Assembly: GCA_963758495.1 (NCBI GenBank)
Contig: CAVWVI010000004.1
Location: 128,001 to 192,000 of the forward strand
DNA from: Oligoflexia bacterium
GTDB lineage: Bacteria > Bdellovibrionota > UBA1018
Reading direction: 5' to 3'
Length of the DNA: 64,000 nt
The translations under genes and the position numbers were made by a program. Below the pieces are notes generated by a model, which was given only the letters and a program-made list of their open reading frames with translations, did not search any database and was not told the DNA's origin. Within the stretch, counting starts at the first letter, position 1, and the number at the start of each line of letters is the position of its first letter. Shown one piece after another: positions 48,401 through 58,483 of this stretch.

Positions 48401-50680
48401 CAGGCTCAATTCAGAAAGATGCTGACGCTCCTCTAATGTAAGGAGAGCATGCCCTGGCGTGAATTGATTGACGATTTCAAAGATACGATCATTCAGATCG
48501 GCTTCTGAGATGCTTTTCAACATCAGCCTTCCAATACGCAAATGATATCCTGGGCGCTCCTCTTGAGGAATGAAAGAGTAAGCTGCTTGTTGAATCCGAT
48601 CGTGAGCGAAAAGATAAGTATTTCCTGTCCGAAGGAGTAACCCTTCTTGAAGCGCTCCGAACAAGGATTGGTGAATAGCTCCCTCATCCTGTTCACTCAC
48701 TCTAGCTAGCAAACTCGCATCGGTAGAATTCCCTACGCTCGCTACTAGCTTTAATATTTCTTGTGTTTCGGGAGCTAAGTGACCAATTCTTGCGACCATC
48801 AGATCTACAACATTGTCAGTATATCCCTTGCTTCGAATTCGCTTTAAATCCCACTTCCATTGACTCAAAACATAATCAAAGAAAAGTAAGCCATCATGCT
48901 GCAATTCCGTTAAGAATTGGATGGCAAAGAATGGATTTCCCCCCGTTTTTTCAAACAGCAACTCTGCCAAATCCGACACTTGCTCTGGCAATTGTCGTAA
49001 CGTATTGGCAACAAGGTGTGTTAGGTGTGGAAGTGACAGGGGAAAAAGGACAATATGATCCACCAGACGTCTCGCAGCACGAATCTTTTCGATTGTGATC
49101 AGGAGCGGATGGGGAGACACGACCTCTTTGTCACGATAAGCACCGATAATAAAAAAGGGGACCGAACTCAGTTCGGTAATGAGATGTTCTAGAAGTTGCA
49201 AGCTTCCTTGATCGGTCCATTGAAGGTCATCTAAAAAAAGAACCAGCGGATGCTCGGCGCGTGCAAATACTCCGACAAAGCGTGTGAAAACCAATTGAAA
49301 TCGCTCTTGATCTTGCAATAATCCGAGCGTGGGTACTTTTGGCTGCGGTCCTAAGATCAGTTCGACTTCAGGAATCAGATCAGTAATAAGACGAGCATTA
49401 GCTTCCAGCGCAGCAACGAGTCGATTTCGCCACTGGGAGAGGGTTTGTTCGTTTTCTCCTAGAAATTCGCTTATGAGTGATCGAAACGCCTGAGCCAGAG
49501 TTGCATAAGGAATATTTCGTTTATATTGATCAAACTTGCCGCTCAAAAAGAAGCCTCGTACCCCGACGATCGAACTTAAAAGTTCTTGAACTAGAGCAGA
49601 TTTACCGATGCCAGAGTAGCCTGACACTAATGTAAGTTCCGCTCGATTCGTATTAACCACTCGATGAAAGGCATTTTTGAGCACACCGAGTTCCATCTCA
49701 CGGCCATAAAGGATCTGAGGAATTTGTAACTTATCGGAAATGTCATGCGTACCTAGTACAAAAGTTTCAATACACCCAGCGAGTAGAAGCTGAGTTCGGC
49801 AAAGATTTAGATCTTCCTTAACACCACTGGCTGTTTGATAACGATCCTCGGCCATTTTCGACAAAAGCTTGAGCACAATGTCAGAGATGGGCTGAGGAAT
49901 ATGAGGAATAACAGTTCTGGGTGAGGGGGCAGGACGAGCAACATGACAGTGAACCCATTCAAGCGGATCTTGCGCATCAAAGGGAAACCTCAGGGTCAGC
50001 ATCTTAAAGAAAACAACACCCAGTGAATAAAGATCACTTCGATTATCGATCACTCGATTCATGCCCCCCGTCTGCTCAGGTGACATGTAAGGAAAGGACC
50101 CTTCGATAATTCTGGACTTCTGAATAGGTCGTCGTTCACGTGGGAGCTGGGTGGCAATTCCAAAGCCCGTAATCTTGACCTCACCAGTGGTAGGATGAAT
50201 TAAGATGTTCTCGGGCTTAATATCTTTGTGAATGATGTTCTCACGGTGAATTTCGGAAAGTGCCTCAGCGATCTGTTCGCCCACACGCAAAAAATCCACA
50301 GACTCCATGGGTGAATTAAGTAAGCTGTTGAGTGAAATTCCATCAAAATCTTCGTAAACTAATGCGGGTAATCCTTCATAAACTGTTCTCTCCAGGGGCT
50401 TCAAGACAGCTCGAACACTCAATTCACGAGCGAATTCATACTCGCGGGTGAGCAATTCAACATCACTTTGAGATCGAAAAGATGAGAGCACTTTAAGAAG
50501 TACAAGGTGTTGATGATCACGCCAAAAGCCCCGATAAAGAACCATTCGATCATCTCGATAGACCGTCTGGCGAGGAGTAAATCGTCCAAAATTTGGAACC
50601 ACATTTTCGCCTGCTTGTTTAATCAGCGGATACATGACCGCAATACTCTCGAACGATCTTATAAAGGACATCCAGCTCAA
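45452..50680 (-). CDS. Ser/Thr kinase-AAA ATPase-GAF-histidine kinase multidomain sensor
   Basis: IIHKDIKPEN, YMSPEQTG, GYSGIGKS, FLDDLQW, GGNPFF, GAF (LYLENN), AAHELKTPL, NLLTNAIKY, GFGLGL; true start likely downstream of the ORF start. Confidence 0.92.
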   Translation of the reverse strand: MSWMSFIRSFESIAVMYPLIKQAGENVVPNFGRFTPRQTVYRDDRMVLYRGFWRDHQHLVLLKVLSSFRSQSDVELLTREYEFARELSVRAVLKPLERTVYEGLPALVYEDFDGISLNSLLNSPMESVDFLRVGEQIAEALSEIHRENIIHKDIKPENILIHPTTGEVKITGFGIATQLPRERRPIQKSRIIEGSFPYMSPEQTGGMNRVIDNRSDLYSLGVVFFKMLTLRFPFDAQDPLEWVHCHVARPAPSPRTVIPHIPQPISDIVLKLLSKMAEDRYQTASGVKEDLNLCRTQLLLAGCIETFVLGTHDISDKLQIPQILYGREMELGVLKNAFHRVVNTNRAELTLVSGYSGIGKSALVQELLSSIVGVRGFFLSGKFDQYKRNIPYATLAQAFRSLISEFLGENEQTLSQWRNRLVAALEANARLITDLIPEVELILGPQPKVPTLGLLQDQERFQLVFTRFVGVFARAEHPLVLFLDDLQWTDQGSLQLLEHLITELSSVPFFIIGAYRDKEVVSPHPLLITIEKIRAARRLVDHIVLFPLSLPHLTHLVANTLRQLPEQVSDLAELLFEKTGGNPFFAIQFLTELQHDGLLFFDYVLSQWKWDLKRIRSKGYTDNVVDLMVARIGHLAPETQEILKLVASVGNSTDASLLARVSEQDEGAIHQSLFGALQEGLLLRTGNTYLFAHDRIQQAAYSFIPQEERPGYHLRIGRLMLKSISEADLNDRIFEIVNQFTPGHALLTLEERQHLSELSLIAGRKAKAAAAYIAAVNYFSMGMLLLQTDSWSSHYVLTFELHLERARAEFLIGNLELAKDLLAELRDRGQTKRHLADVACAEIVLCGVQGDNRKAVEIGLAFLRHFGIHWLPHPNWAEPQAEYEQLERNIGTRTIEELIDLPLMTDPDAIIIMEVLIALYTTVLTTSGNLLCLLICRVANLMVLFGNVNNSGYGYVLLGMVLVHFFGRYREAYRFAKLGCSLTGRNGLSVYQARAQINFSLVSAWTQPLDLNHDILQRARQIALQTGDLTYVCYYYNNLVTFHIVRGAPLSEVYRISEEGLAFVRKVKLRLVELIITSQQRLIMNLQGRTDHFSTFNDENFNEEHYEAHFEMNRASLAISICWYYIWKLMARFLSNNYDEALKAAQKAKELLWASPSFVEVPEYHYFHGLTRAALFNQATSVEREVHLNALREECEHFRAWSEYSPENFQYKYALLAAEIARIEGNHPEAEHLYEQAISRAREQGLTQNEALGFDLAARYYLGRGFTRIGEVYLRDARACYARWGADGKVKQLERIYPQLAEHPEAERTGTFATRPEHLDLLSVIKASQSISGEIELKNLICRLVQVVIEKSGAQRGYLFLIHDGKPRIEAEALSTEIGIEMRIASVTPLDSSLVSESIIQFVLRAREKVILGDARTPAGRGKFQSDRYLLKAQPKSVLCLPITRGTRVVGLLYLENNLMTHAFTSEHVTVLDLLASQAAISLEVAFSIQQEQQARSVAEKALQIRDEFMMIAAHELKTPLTPLKMQLHLLKGLIAKVPTFDPSLGTSTVQKSLLNLFKSSDQQVDRLSKLVEDLLDVSRISTGHLRLNVEVIDLSKLVCEVVERYQTQWSQANCKVELEVKEKVSGRWDYLRIEQVVVNLLTNAIKYGAGMPIKVKVEVKNHHAKLTVQDFGIGIDEKDQARIFGRYERAISVRHFGGFGLGLYISQQIVQAHGGRILLESKLGIGSTFIVELPLNLVDAE

Positions 50681-50996
50681 CAGGCTTTTTAATAATACAT
50701 TTGGCTTTGATACCTTGAGTTCGATCGCTAAATGCCGTTACAACAACCACAGGGATAGAAGCAAGAGTCACATCACTGTCAAGCGCTTTCACAAAGCCCC
50801 AGCCATCCATAACGGGCATCATTAAGTCGACCAAAACTAAACAGGGACGCGGAATTTTAAGTAACGCTTCAATACCTTCTTTTCCGTTGTTTGCAGTAAA
50901 AACGACGTATCCCTCTAACTCTAAAGCGACTTGTAATGTCTCGCAGATTGCTTGATCGTCTTCAACAATTAGAACACTAGCGCATCGCACCGTCAT
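50619..50996 (-). CDS. Single-domain response regulator
   Basis: LIVEDD, LVDLMMPVMDG, VVTA, KKPV. Confidence 0.9.
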   Translation of the reverse strand: MTVRCASVLIVEDDQAICETLQVALELEGYVVFTANNGKEGIEALLKIPRPCLVLVDLMMPVMDGWGFVKALDSDVTLASIPVVVVTAFSDRTQGIKAKCIIKKPVELDVLYKIVREYCGHVSAD

Positions 50997-51203
50997 TCTC
51001 CTCGTAAACAACTCGATAATTAATAAAGGCGAACTACCTCATTTGTCTTAATATCTCAGAACAATCCATAGCATAATCCGTTCTCAAATTGGCCTAAAGA
51101 ATGAGCTCAGGAATTTTAACTCTATAAACGATTCAATAATGCAAGTACATAGCTGATCTCATTTAAATCCTTATTCCTAATAATCAAACAAAAATAGAGC
51201 CCA

Positions 51204-54200
51204 CTACCCCACTAGTTTTTTCTTTTTCCATTGGATTTTTACAGTTTTAGGAGGTACTTCACCTAACTCCACTAATGCCTCTTGCAATTCTTTTTGATGT
51301 TTTTGTCCTTCAAACCGAGAAAGCAAACTATACGCACAAGGTACGACAAACAACGTAAGAAGAGTTGAAAATAATATCCCCCCCACCACTACAATAGCCA
51401 TCGGTCGAATCACCTCTGCTCCGGGTCCGACTGCGATAGCTTCAGGAAAAGCTCCGGCAATTGTAGCGATAGAGGTCATGAGAATCGGGCGGAGTCGGAT
51501 AGGACACGCCTCAAGTAACGCCTCTTTGACTCCCATCCCTTCTCGGCGTCTTGCATTAGTAAAATCCACTAACAAGATCGAATTTTTTTTTACGATTCCC
51601 ATCAATAGCAAAATACCAATCAGGCTATAAATATTCAACGAAGTGTTACTAATCTGCATTGCCCAAATCGCTCCAGTCACACTAAATGGAAGTGCCAATA
51701 GAATTGCGAAAGGATGTAGAAAGCTATTAAACTGGCTAGCAAGAACCATAAAGGCCACTAAAATCCCCAAAACCAATGCCCCAAATAAACTTCTAAAAGA
51801 CTCTCCGAAAGCTTGGGAACTACCAGTCAATGTAATAAAATAACCTACGGGCAGTATTTCTTTAGCTAGTTTTTGAATAAATTCAATGACTGTTGATTGT
51901 GATAGATTAGATGGAAAATTTCCAAAAATTCCAATTCCGCGTTCACGATTATACCGAGTGATTGTAAGAAGACTTTTAGAGAGCTGAGATGAAATAACAC
52001 TTTTCAAAGATACAATTTCTCCTTGAACATTATGTACCGCTATCTTATTTATATCTAAAATATCCTGATTTTCATTCTCAACCAACTTGATCTGAATATC
52101 ATCACGATGGCCTGATGAGTCGGTATACTTATTTGGAAGCAATTTAAGACCGCCTACCATTGCGGCGATTCCCTCGGAAATCGTAGAAATAGGAACTCCA
52201 TGTTTTCCCGCCGCTACTCGATCTGGAGTGATCTTGACTTCGGGCATATTGGGGTTAAAGTCTGTATCAATATCTGTCATCATTCCTGATTGTTCGAGTC
52301 GATTCCTGAATTGAATGGAAAACTGACTCAATTTTTCCCAGTCTGGTCCTTGGATTTCAAATTCGATCGGATACCCTCGCTGCGCACTAAAGCCGGTCAA
52401 CGAAAGATCTAAGAGCGCCACTCGCTCTACGCCGGGAATATGAGCAACTTGTTTTCGAACGTATTCCATGAATTGTTGCTGGGAAGGGCGTTTTCTAAAA
52501 GGCTCGTGTATCGGACGCTCATTGGGATCCTTCATAGTAAGCAACATAATCCCTTGATTCACCAATCCCCCACCAAACCCTCCCACGGCGGTATAGTAAG
52601 TTTCAATTTCTGGACGAGATGCAAAAAAAATTTCGGCTTTTTTAAAAACCCTATCAGTGAACGCAAGCGAAGACCCCATGGGGGTATAAAGCGTTCCTAG
52701 AAATCGACTTTGGTCTTGTGGAGGAATAAATTCCTTCCTCAATGTCCTCGCCATAAATATCGATAGAATAAAAATTGCAAGGGTAGACAGAAGAACGCTC
52801 CATCTCCAGTTCAATGCAATCCCTAGCCCCTTCCGATAAGTTTTCGACAGCCGTCCCATCACTCTATTCACCCCACGGGTCACTCTATTCTCACCTCCCG
52901 TGCGGAGAAATTGCGAACAGCGCATAGGAGTGAGGGTAAGAGCTTCTAATAAAGATAGTAGAACAGCGACCGAGAGAGTAACTCCAAATTGATAAAAGAA
53001 TTTTCCGACTATACCTTGCATGAAAATAACGGGAACAAAAATAGCTAAGATCGCAAGCGATGCAGCAATTGCAGCAGTGGTAATTTCACGGGCGCCCACA
53101 AGCGCTGCCTGTACCCGATTTACCCCTTCTTCATGGTGTCTCACTATATTTTCCAAAACCATAATGGCGTCATCGACAACAATTCCTATCGAGAGTGACA
53201 ATCCCATAAGGGTAAAGCTATTGAGCGTAAATCCAAGAAAATGAAGAAAGATCATGGATCCAACCAGAGAAACGGGAATCGCTATAATTACATTCAACGA
53301 CGAACTCCAGGTCCCTAAAAACAGATAGCAAACCAGCGAAGTAAGCAGAACTGCAATACATAATGTATACAAGATAGCTGTAATAGACTGTTTGATAAAA
53401 ACAGTAGCATCTGCAACAATGCCCATATTCATCCCCTGAGGAAGGAACCCTTTCCGAAGCTGGTCAATTTTTAATTTCACGTTATCTGCGATTGCGACAG
53501 CATTAGTTCCGTGTTGTTTAATAACCCCCACTCCGATCGTGGGCTGGATACCTTCGTAGCGGGAGATTCGACGAACTTCATCGGTTCCCTCTTTACACTC
53601 AGCCACATCCTTGAGTTGAACCGTCTTCCAAATCGGATGACCCGCGCGTACAGGGATTTCCAGCGCATTGCATTCCTCTGCATTCTTAAACTCAGAATAA
53701 ACACGAACATAGGTTTCTTGAGGACCCTTGTCTTGATATCCAGTAGGCGAGAGTTGGTTTCCATAATTTACCGCATCAATCACATCCTTAAATGTAATTT
53801 GCTGACTCACCAACTGATTATTGTGCAGCCAAATTCTCATCTGAGGATCAACGTAGCCACCCAGTGCGACATCACCTACTCCATTTACGGAAGTGATACT
53901 ATCTTTCAGGTGATCTCTGACGAACAATGCTAGGTCACGCAGTGTGTCTTTGACACTATAGACAGCTACCCAAAGAATAGGCTGATCTTCTGGATTGGTC
54001 TTCGTTATAACAGGGGGATCTATATTCTGTGGAAGATTTTTTTGAGCTTGGGAAACTTTAGTCTGTACCTCTTCCAATGCAACGTTAATATCCTGGTTTA
54101 AATTGAATTGAATACGAATTTGAGTACTGCCTTCCTGCGAGGTAGATTGCACCAGTTGAGATCCATCCACACTCATGACTGCATCTTCAATAATATCTGC

Positions 54201-54389
54201 AACCGCTGACTCCATAACATCAGGAGATGCGCCCGCCCATGTTACAGTTACGGTGATCACCGGAAAATCTACATCCGGAAGCTGACTGATGCCCATATTC
54301 GTAAATGAAATGGCACCAAAGACAATCAACCCCATCATTAACATCCAAGAAAATACTGGATTTTTGATGGAGATATCGGAAAGCGTCAT
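51204..54389 (-). CDS. RND (AcrB/AcrD/AcrF family) efflux permease
   Basis: PDVDFP, GIVVDDAIMVLENI, GIVKKNSILLVDF, RLRPILMT. Confidence 0.95.
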   Translation of the reverse strand: MTLSDISIKNPVFSWMLMMGLIVFGAISFTNMGISQLPDVDFPVITVTVTWAGASPDVMESAVADIIEDAVMSVDGSQLVQSTSQEGSTQIRIQFNLNQDINVALEEVQTKVSQAQKNLPQNIDPPVITKTNPEDQPILWVAVYSVKDTLRDLALFVRDHLKDSITSVNGVGDVALGGYVDPQMRIWLHNNQLVSQQITFKDVIDAVNYGNQLSPTGYQDKGPQETYVRVYSEFKNAEECNALEIPVRAGHPIWKTVQLKDVAECKEGTDEVRRISRYEGIQPTIGVGVIKQHGTNAVAIADNVKLKIDQLRKGFLPQGMNMGIVADATVFIKQSITAILYTLCIAVLLTSLVCYLFLGTWSSSLNVIIAIPVSLVGSMIFLHFLGFTLNSFTLMGLSLSIGIVVDDAIMVLENIVRHHEEGVNRVQAALVGAREITTAAIAASLAILAIFVPVIFMQGIVGKFFYQFGVTLSVAVLLSLLEALTLTPMRCSQFLRTGGENRVTRGVNRVMGRLSKTYRKGLGIALNWRWSVLLSTLAIFILSIFMARTLRKEFIPPQDQSRFLGTLYTPMGSSLAFTDRVFKKAEIFFASRPEIETYYTAVGGFGGGLVNQGIMLLTMKDPNERPIHEPFRKRPSQQQFMEYVRKQVAHIPGVERVALLDLSLTGFSAQRGYPIEFEIQGPDWEKLSQFSIQFRNRLEQSGMMTDIDTDFNPNMPEVKITPDRVAAGKHGVPISTISEGIAAMVGGLKLLPNKYTDSSGHRDDIQIKLVENENQDILDINKIAVHNVQGEIVSLKSVISSQLSKSLLTITRYNRERGIGIFGNFPSNLSQSTVIEFIQKLAKEILPVGYFITLTGSSQAFGESFRSLFGALVLGILVAFMVLASQFNSFLHPFAILLALPFSVTGAIWAMQISNTSLNIYSLIGILLLMGIVKKNSILLVDFTNARRREGMGVKEALLEACPIRLRPILMTSIATIAGAFPEAIAVGPGAEVIRPMAIVVVGGILFSTLLTLFVVPCAYSLLSRFEGQKHQKELQEALVELGEVPPKTVKIQWKKKKLVG

Positions 54390-54504
54390 AGCCGATCCCC
54401 TACCCGAAAGGTCTACCTGCTAGACTCATTCCATAATACTTGAATCATTTGTAGCACTCAGGTTTACTCTAAAGGTCGCCCTAAGTTGGCTTGAGGTAGA
54501 AAAA

Positions 54505-54708
54505 ATGAAAAAGGAAATGCACCCAATTATCTTTTTTGATGGGATGTGTTCAGTCTGTAATCACTTTGTAGATTTTGTCTTAAAAAGAGATACTCGGGTG
54601 TTTTTATTTGCATCTCTTCAAGGAAGCACAGCTCAAGAGAAACTCAACCCCTCTCTTGCGGGAACCGAACCCAACTCAATGGTTTTATTGAGGGTGAACT
54701 TTGGATGA
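54505..54708 (+). pseudogene. Truncated DCC1/DUF393 thiol-disulfide oxidoreductase
   Basis: IIFFDGMCSVCNHFVDF...FASLQG, stops after 67 aa where unrelated HEPN-like sequence begins. Confidence 0.7.
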
Positions 54709-55051
54709 GTATGATTCAAAGCAGATTACAAACTGCTCACATATACAACGAGGAAACAGCAAGAGAGGTGGCAAAGGTCATTACTGAAAATTATTTTATT
54801 TTATTTCAGAAACTCAGAGCTAAGTCGTAATCTACGGATCGCGAGCAAAAGGGACATTCAAAAACGGGTCAGATATTGATTTCACCTTAAAAGGAAAAGA
54901 TCTTGACCTCGCTGCTGTTAATCGCATCCGATTGAAATTGGATGACCTTTTACTTCCTTACACCTTCGATATCTCCATCTTTTGTCAAATTGACAACCCA
55001 GCTTTGCTGGATCATATCCAGCGTATAGGCATAGTCTTTTATAAAAAATGA
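54688..55051 (+). pseudogene. Remnants of a HEPN (HI0074-type) / nucleotidyltransferase pair
   Basis: IEGELWMSMIQSRLQTAHIYNEETA...* (to 54830), then startless VVIYGSRAKGTFKNGSDID...LDDLLLPYTFDI...LLDHIQRIG...* (54824-55051). Confidence 0.8.
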
Positions 55052-55246
55052 ACTCATATTTCTTCATGACTGCTCTCCAAATATTTTAGTTGAATTATTG
55101 GGTAACCCTGAGGAACTCAAAGTCAAATAGGAAAGGTTCCCCTCCTTAAAAACATTTTCTGAAGCGCCCTACATGCTGTTGACTATCATCTCTAAACATT
55201 GGATCATTAAATTCGCACTAGGCACGAAGCCTGGAAAGTTGAGATT

Positions 55247-56071
55247 ATGGACTTATCAAGAAATATTGGATTAATTTCCCAAAAGCAACAAGACCGGATG
55301 CTCGGGGCTTCAGTTTTAATCTGCGGCTGTGGAGGAATGGGTGGAGTTTGTGCCGAAGTTCTGGTTCGCATGGGAATCCAAAAACTCACCTTAATTGACC
55401 ACGATAAATTTGAACCTAGCAACAGCAATCGACAAATTCACTGCAATCAATCTAATATGGGAAAGTATAAAGCCGATGTTCTGAAAAAAGAATTTCTGAA
55501 GATCAATCCCAAAGCCAAAATCAAGGTATTTAGAGAGCCAGTTGGCCTTAAAAACGTGAAAAAGATTCTCGAAGGTGTCGATGTAGTTGTTAATGGAATG
55601 GATCAGATGCTTCCCAGCATTTGTCTCGAAAGAGAAGCGAGACGAAGGGGAATCGCAATCGTGGACGCCTGGATTACTCCATTTGCAAGCGTATTTACTA
55701 TGAAACCCACTGATCCCCACTGGGAAGAGTTTCTCGGATTTCCTACTCATACTAAACGTGAAGAAGAAATTACAAAGGAGGATTGCTTAAACGCTCTGAG
55801 AAAAGAAGTTTCATATACCTTCGATCACTTCGATCCTTATAGTCATATTAAAAAAGGATTGGTAAAAAGGATTGTTGAAGATAAGCAGAAACGCCCGAGC
55901 TTGGCACCCGTCGTATGGCTCAGCGGCGTACTCATGGCAAATGAGGTATTCAAATTGGTTGTTGGACTTCCAGATATTGGTCCTGCTGGAATTTTCTACG
56001 ATCAATATAAGCACAGGCTCATGGCAGGAAAAATAAGGAGCCCTCGCTCTCCCAGAAAGAATAGGACATAA
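55247..56071 (+). CDS. ThiF/MoeB family adenylyltransferase
   Basis: GCGGMGG, DHDKFEPSNSNRQ, GKYKA; no CxxC zinc motifs. Confidence 0.88.
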   Translation: MDLSRNIGLISQKQQDRMLGASVLICGCGGMGGVCAEVLVRMGIQKLTLIDHDKFEPSNSNRQIHCNQSNMGKYKADVLKKEFLKINPKAKIKVFREPVGLKNVKKILEGVDVVVNGMDQMLPSICLEREARRRGIAIVDAWITPFASVFTMKPTDPHWEEFLGFPTHTKREEEITKEDCLNALRKEVSYTFDHFDPYSHIKKGLVKRIVEDKQKRPSLAPVVWLSGVLMANEVFKLVVGLPDIGPAGIFYDQYKHRLMAGKIRSPRSPRKNRT

Positions 56072-56074
56072 TTC

Positions 56075-57328
56075 ATGGATGAGTCTCTTGGAAAAAAGGG
56101 AATACTCATTACATCATTAATTTATGTTTTATTTCCCCTTTTGATGGGACTCAAAGAATACCCCCTCCTTTTGCCTTCAGAGCAGACCTTATACCTCATT
56201 GGAAGGATCGGAGTCATACTCGTTTCTTGGGTCTATTTTGTACTAGCGCTTTTCGATAAGCAGCCATCTCATTATCCAGCCGCCTTTTATTTAATAGGGC
56301 TAGTCTATGCCATTCATGGCCAGTACTTTCAGCCTAATTACTGGTTGGCTATGATTGAACTGAACTCACTTTTTCCCCTCTTCTTCCTTCTTAAGCAGCG
56401 AATCATGTATATTTTATACGGAATCGGATTATTCTTCTTTGACATCACCTTTTATTTTTTTTCTGAACGATTTATTAAGTCCGGCGCCTTCAGTGAACCT
56501 CTGAGAGGCGACATCTTAATCGGTACTATAATCACTGCAATGATTGCATTAGTCACATACAATAATCTCATCGTCGCCAGAAGCGCAAAAAATCGCTTAC
56601 TCCATCGCTTCGTAGATGTCGGAAAGAATTTCAGTTTTATTATTCATGACCTTAAGGGAATGATAGCCACTCCAGCGATTTATGCGACACTCCTTCAAAG
56701 ATCCATTGAATCGAACGGACCCGTAGAAAAAGAAAAAGGTCTCGTTCGCCAACTCACCGAAGATCTGCAATCAATCAAAGTCTTCGTGACTGAGACGACA
56801 CGGCTGGTTGCAGCTGAATTTTCCCCTGAAAACACTGAACGGGTAAAATTCGTGAAAATCAGTGACTCCACCGAGCTCGTAAAGACCTTGCTGAGGTCCA
56901 AACTCAAATCCATCCAGGTTTCCCAGGAGGGTGATTTAGAGATAGCAGCCAAGCTTGAGCTCATTAATCGAATCCTGATTAATATATTTAGCAACGCAGT
57001 AGATGCCATCCTCAAGAATAAAGCAGAAGCAAGCGAAATCAAGATTACCTGTCGAGAGAATGAAGTCCAGGTCACAGATAATAGCGGATCACACCTTTCA
57101 TCGGAAACTCTTAAAAAGCTAAATAGCCAAAGCACATCATTTACTGATAAACCTCAAGGCAGTGGACTTGGAACTCTTATTATCAAGGACTATATTGCAT
57201 CAATCGGTGGTAAGGTACGGTATACGAACGGCGAAACCGGAGTGAAAGTAACTCTTTATTTTCCTAAGAAAATCGTAAAATCTCCTGAACGAATGGTTAA
57301 TGCGCCCACTGGCCTTGAAATGAGCTAA
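56075..57328 (+). CDS. Membrane-bound sensor histidine kinase
   Basis: Multiple N-terminal TM helices; IIHDLK, NIFSNAVDA, GSGLG. Confidence 0.85.
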   Translation: MDESLGKKGILITSLIYVLFPLLMGLKEYPLLLPSEQTLYLIGRIGVILVSWVYFVLALFDKQPSHYPAAFYLIGLVYAIHGQYFQPNYWLAMIELNSLFPLFFLLKQRIMYILYGIGLFFFDITFYFFSERFIKSGAFSEPLRGDILIGTIITAMIALVTYNNLIVARSAKNRLLHRFVDVGKNFSFIIHDLKGMIATPAIYATLLQRSIESNGPVEKEKGLVRQLTEDLQSIKVFVTETTRLVAAEFSPENTERVKFVKISDSTELVKTLLRSKLKSIQVSQEGDLEIAAKLELINRILINIFSNAVDAILKNKAEASEIKITCRENEVQVTDNSGSHLSSETLKKLNSQSTSFTDKPQGSGLGTLIIKDYIASIGGKVRYTNGETGVKVTLYFPKKIVKSPERMVNAPTGLEMS

Positions 57329-57351
57329 GTGAACGAGACGAGGTATTTGAG

Positions 57352-58431
57352 ATGTTGAAACAAGTCACGATTGACCCGGTAGGTGAACAACAAGGGATTC
57401 TTATTGTAGATGACGATCCAGCTATTTTACGAGCACTCTCAACTCTTTTGGAACCTTACGGAAAAATTAAAACTGCCAGCAATGTAAGCAAAGCTCTGGC
57501 CATTCTCGAATCAAACTCGTTTGGTGTCGTGGTCACTGACTATGATCTGGGTGATGGAAATGGGATCGATTTACTGGAATCTGTGCGTTCAAAGAACCCC
57601 GAACTGCCAGTGATTATGATAACCGCATTTGGAAGCAAGAACCTAGTCATTGATACTCTGAATCGTCATGTGTTTGGGTTTGTTGAAAAGCCTTTTGACC
57701 CGCAGGAGGTCGAAGAACTCATTCAGCGTGCACTTAAAAAAAAACAAAAAGAGGATATTCTTAACAAGTTTGCTACCTTAGGTGAATCTGCTGGCAACCT
57801 TGTCCATGAGATCGCCAATCCCTTGTCCATCATTTCTCTCAAAATTGAGCTTCTGCAAGAATTGGCAAGCCGCGAGGGTAATTCGGAACTTATGGATTCG
57901 GCTAACAAACTGTCGGAATCGACTAGACGAATCAGCGAAATCATCAACTGGACTAAGGGTAGCCTTAAGAAATCTCTTTCATTGACGGCTGAGACTTTTC
58001 AAATGCGAGAGACCTTGAATAGACTACGACAAGAGTGCCTTGCGAAAGCAGTAGCACAGAAGGTCCAGGTCATCATAACGCCGGGTAGTGATGTCTTGGT
58101 AAAAGGAAATAAAGATCAGCTACTCGAGGTTTTTGTTAATCTCGTTAACAATGGAATTGAGGCAGCTGCATCCTGCGATGAGAAATGGGTCAAAGTTGAT
58201 GTACAAAATCAGGAGAAAGGGCTCCAAATTACCGTAACGGACAGCGGCCCCGGCATTCCAGAGGTAGTTCGTAGAAAATTATTTACCCCTCTTTTTACAA
58301 CAAAAGGGGAAGCTGGAACGGGGCTTGGCCTTGTCATTGTTCGAAAGATCCTCCATGCTCATGGCGGCAGTATTTCGCTCAACGAACAAACTTCGAATAC
58401 CCAATTTGTAATTCAACTTCCTTCAATGTAA
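57352..58431 (+). CDS. Hybrid response regulator-histidine kinase
   Basis: REC (IVDDD, TDYDL, EKPF) then VHEIANPL, NLVNNG, DSGPG, FTTK, GTGLGL. Confidence 0.92.
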   Translation: MLKQVTIDPVGEQQGILIVDDDPAILRALSTLLEPYGKIKTASNVSKALAILESNSFGVVVTDYDLGDGNGIDLLESVRSKNPELPVIMITAFGSKNLVIDTLNRHVFGFVEKPFDPQEVEELIQRALKKKQKEDILNKFATLGESAGNLVHEIANPLSIISLKIELLQELASREGNSELMDSANKLSESTRRISEIINWTKGSLKKSLSLTAETFQMRETLNRLRQECLAKAVAQKVQVIITPGSDVLVKGNKDQLLEVFVNLVNNGIEAAASCDEKWVKVDVQNQEKGLQITVTDSGPGIPEVVRRKLFTPLFTTKGEAGTGLGLVIVRKILHAHGGSISLNEQTSNTQFVIQLPSM

Positions 58432-58450
58432 GTAGGTCCTTTAGGGCTGT
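58428..58450. repeat. Dispersed ~22-bp intergenic motif, copy 2
   Basis: GTAAGTAGGTCCTTTAGGGCTGT. Confidence 0.65.
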
Positions 58451-58483
58451 AGAACTCCAGAATAAATGATCTGAATATTTAGA

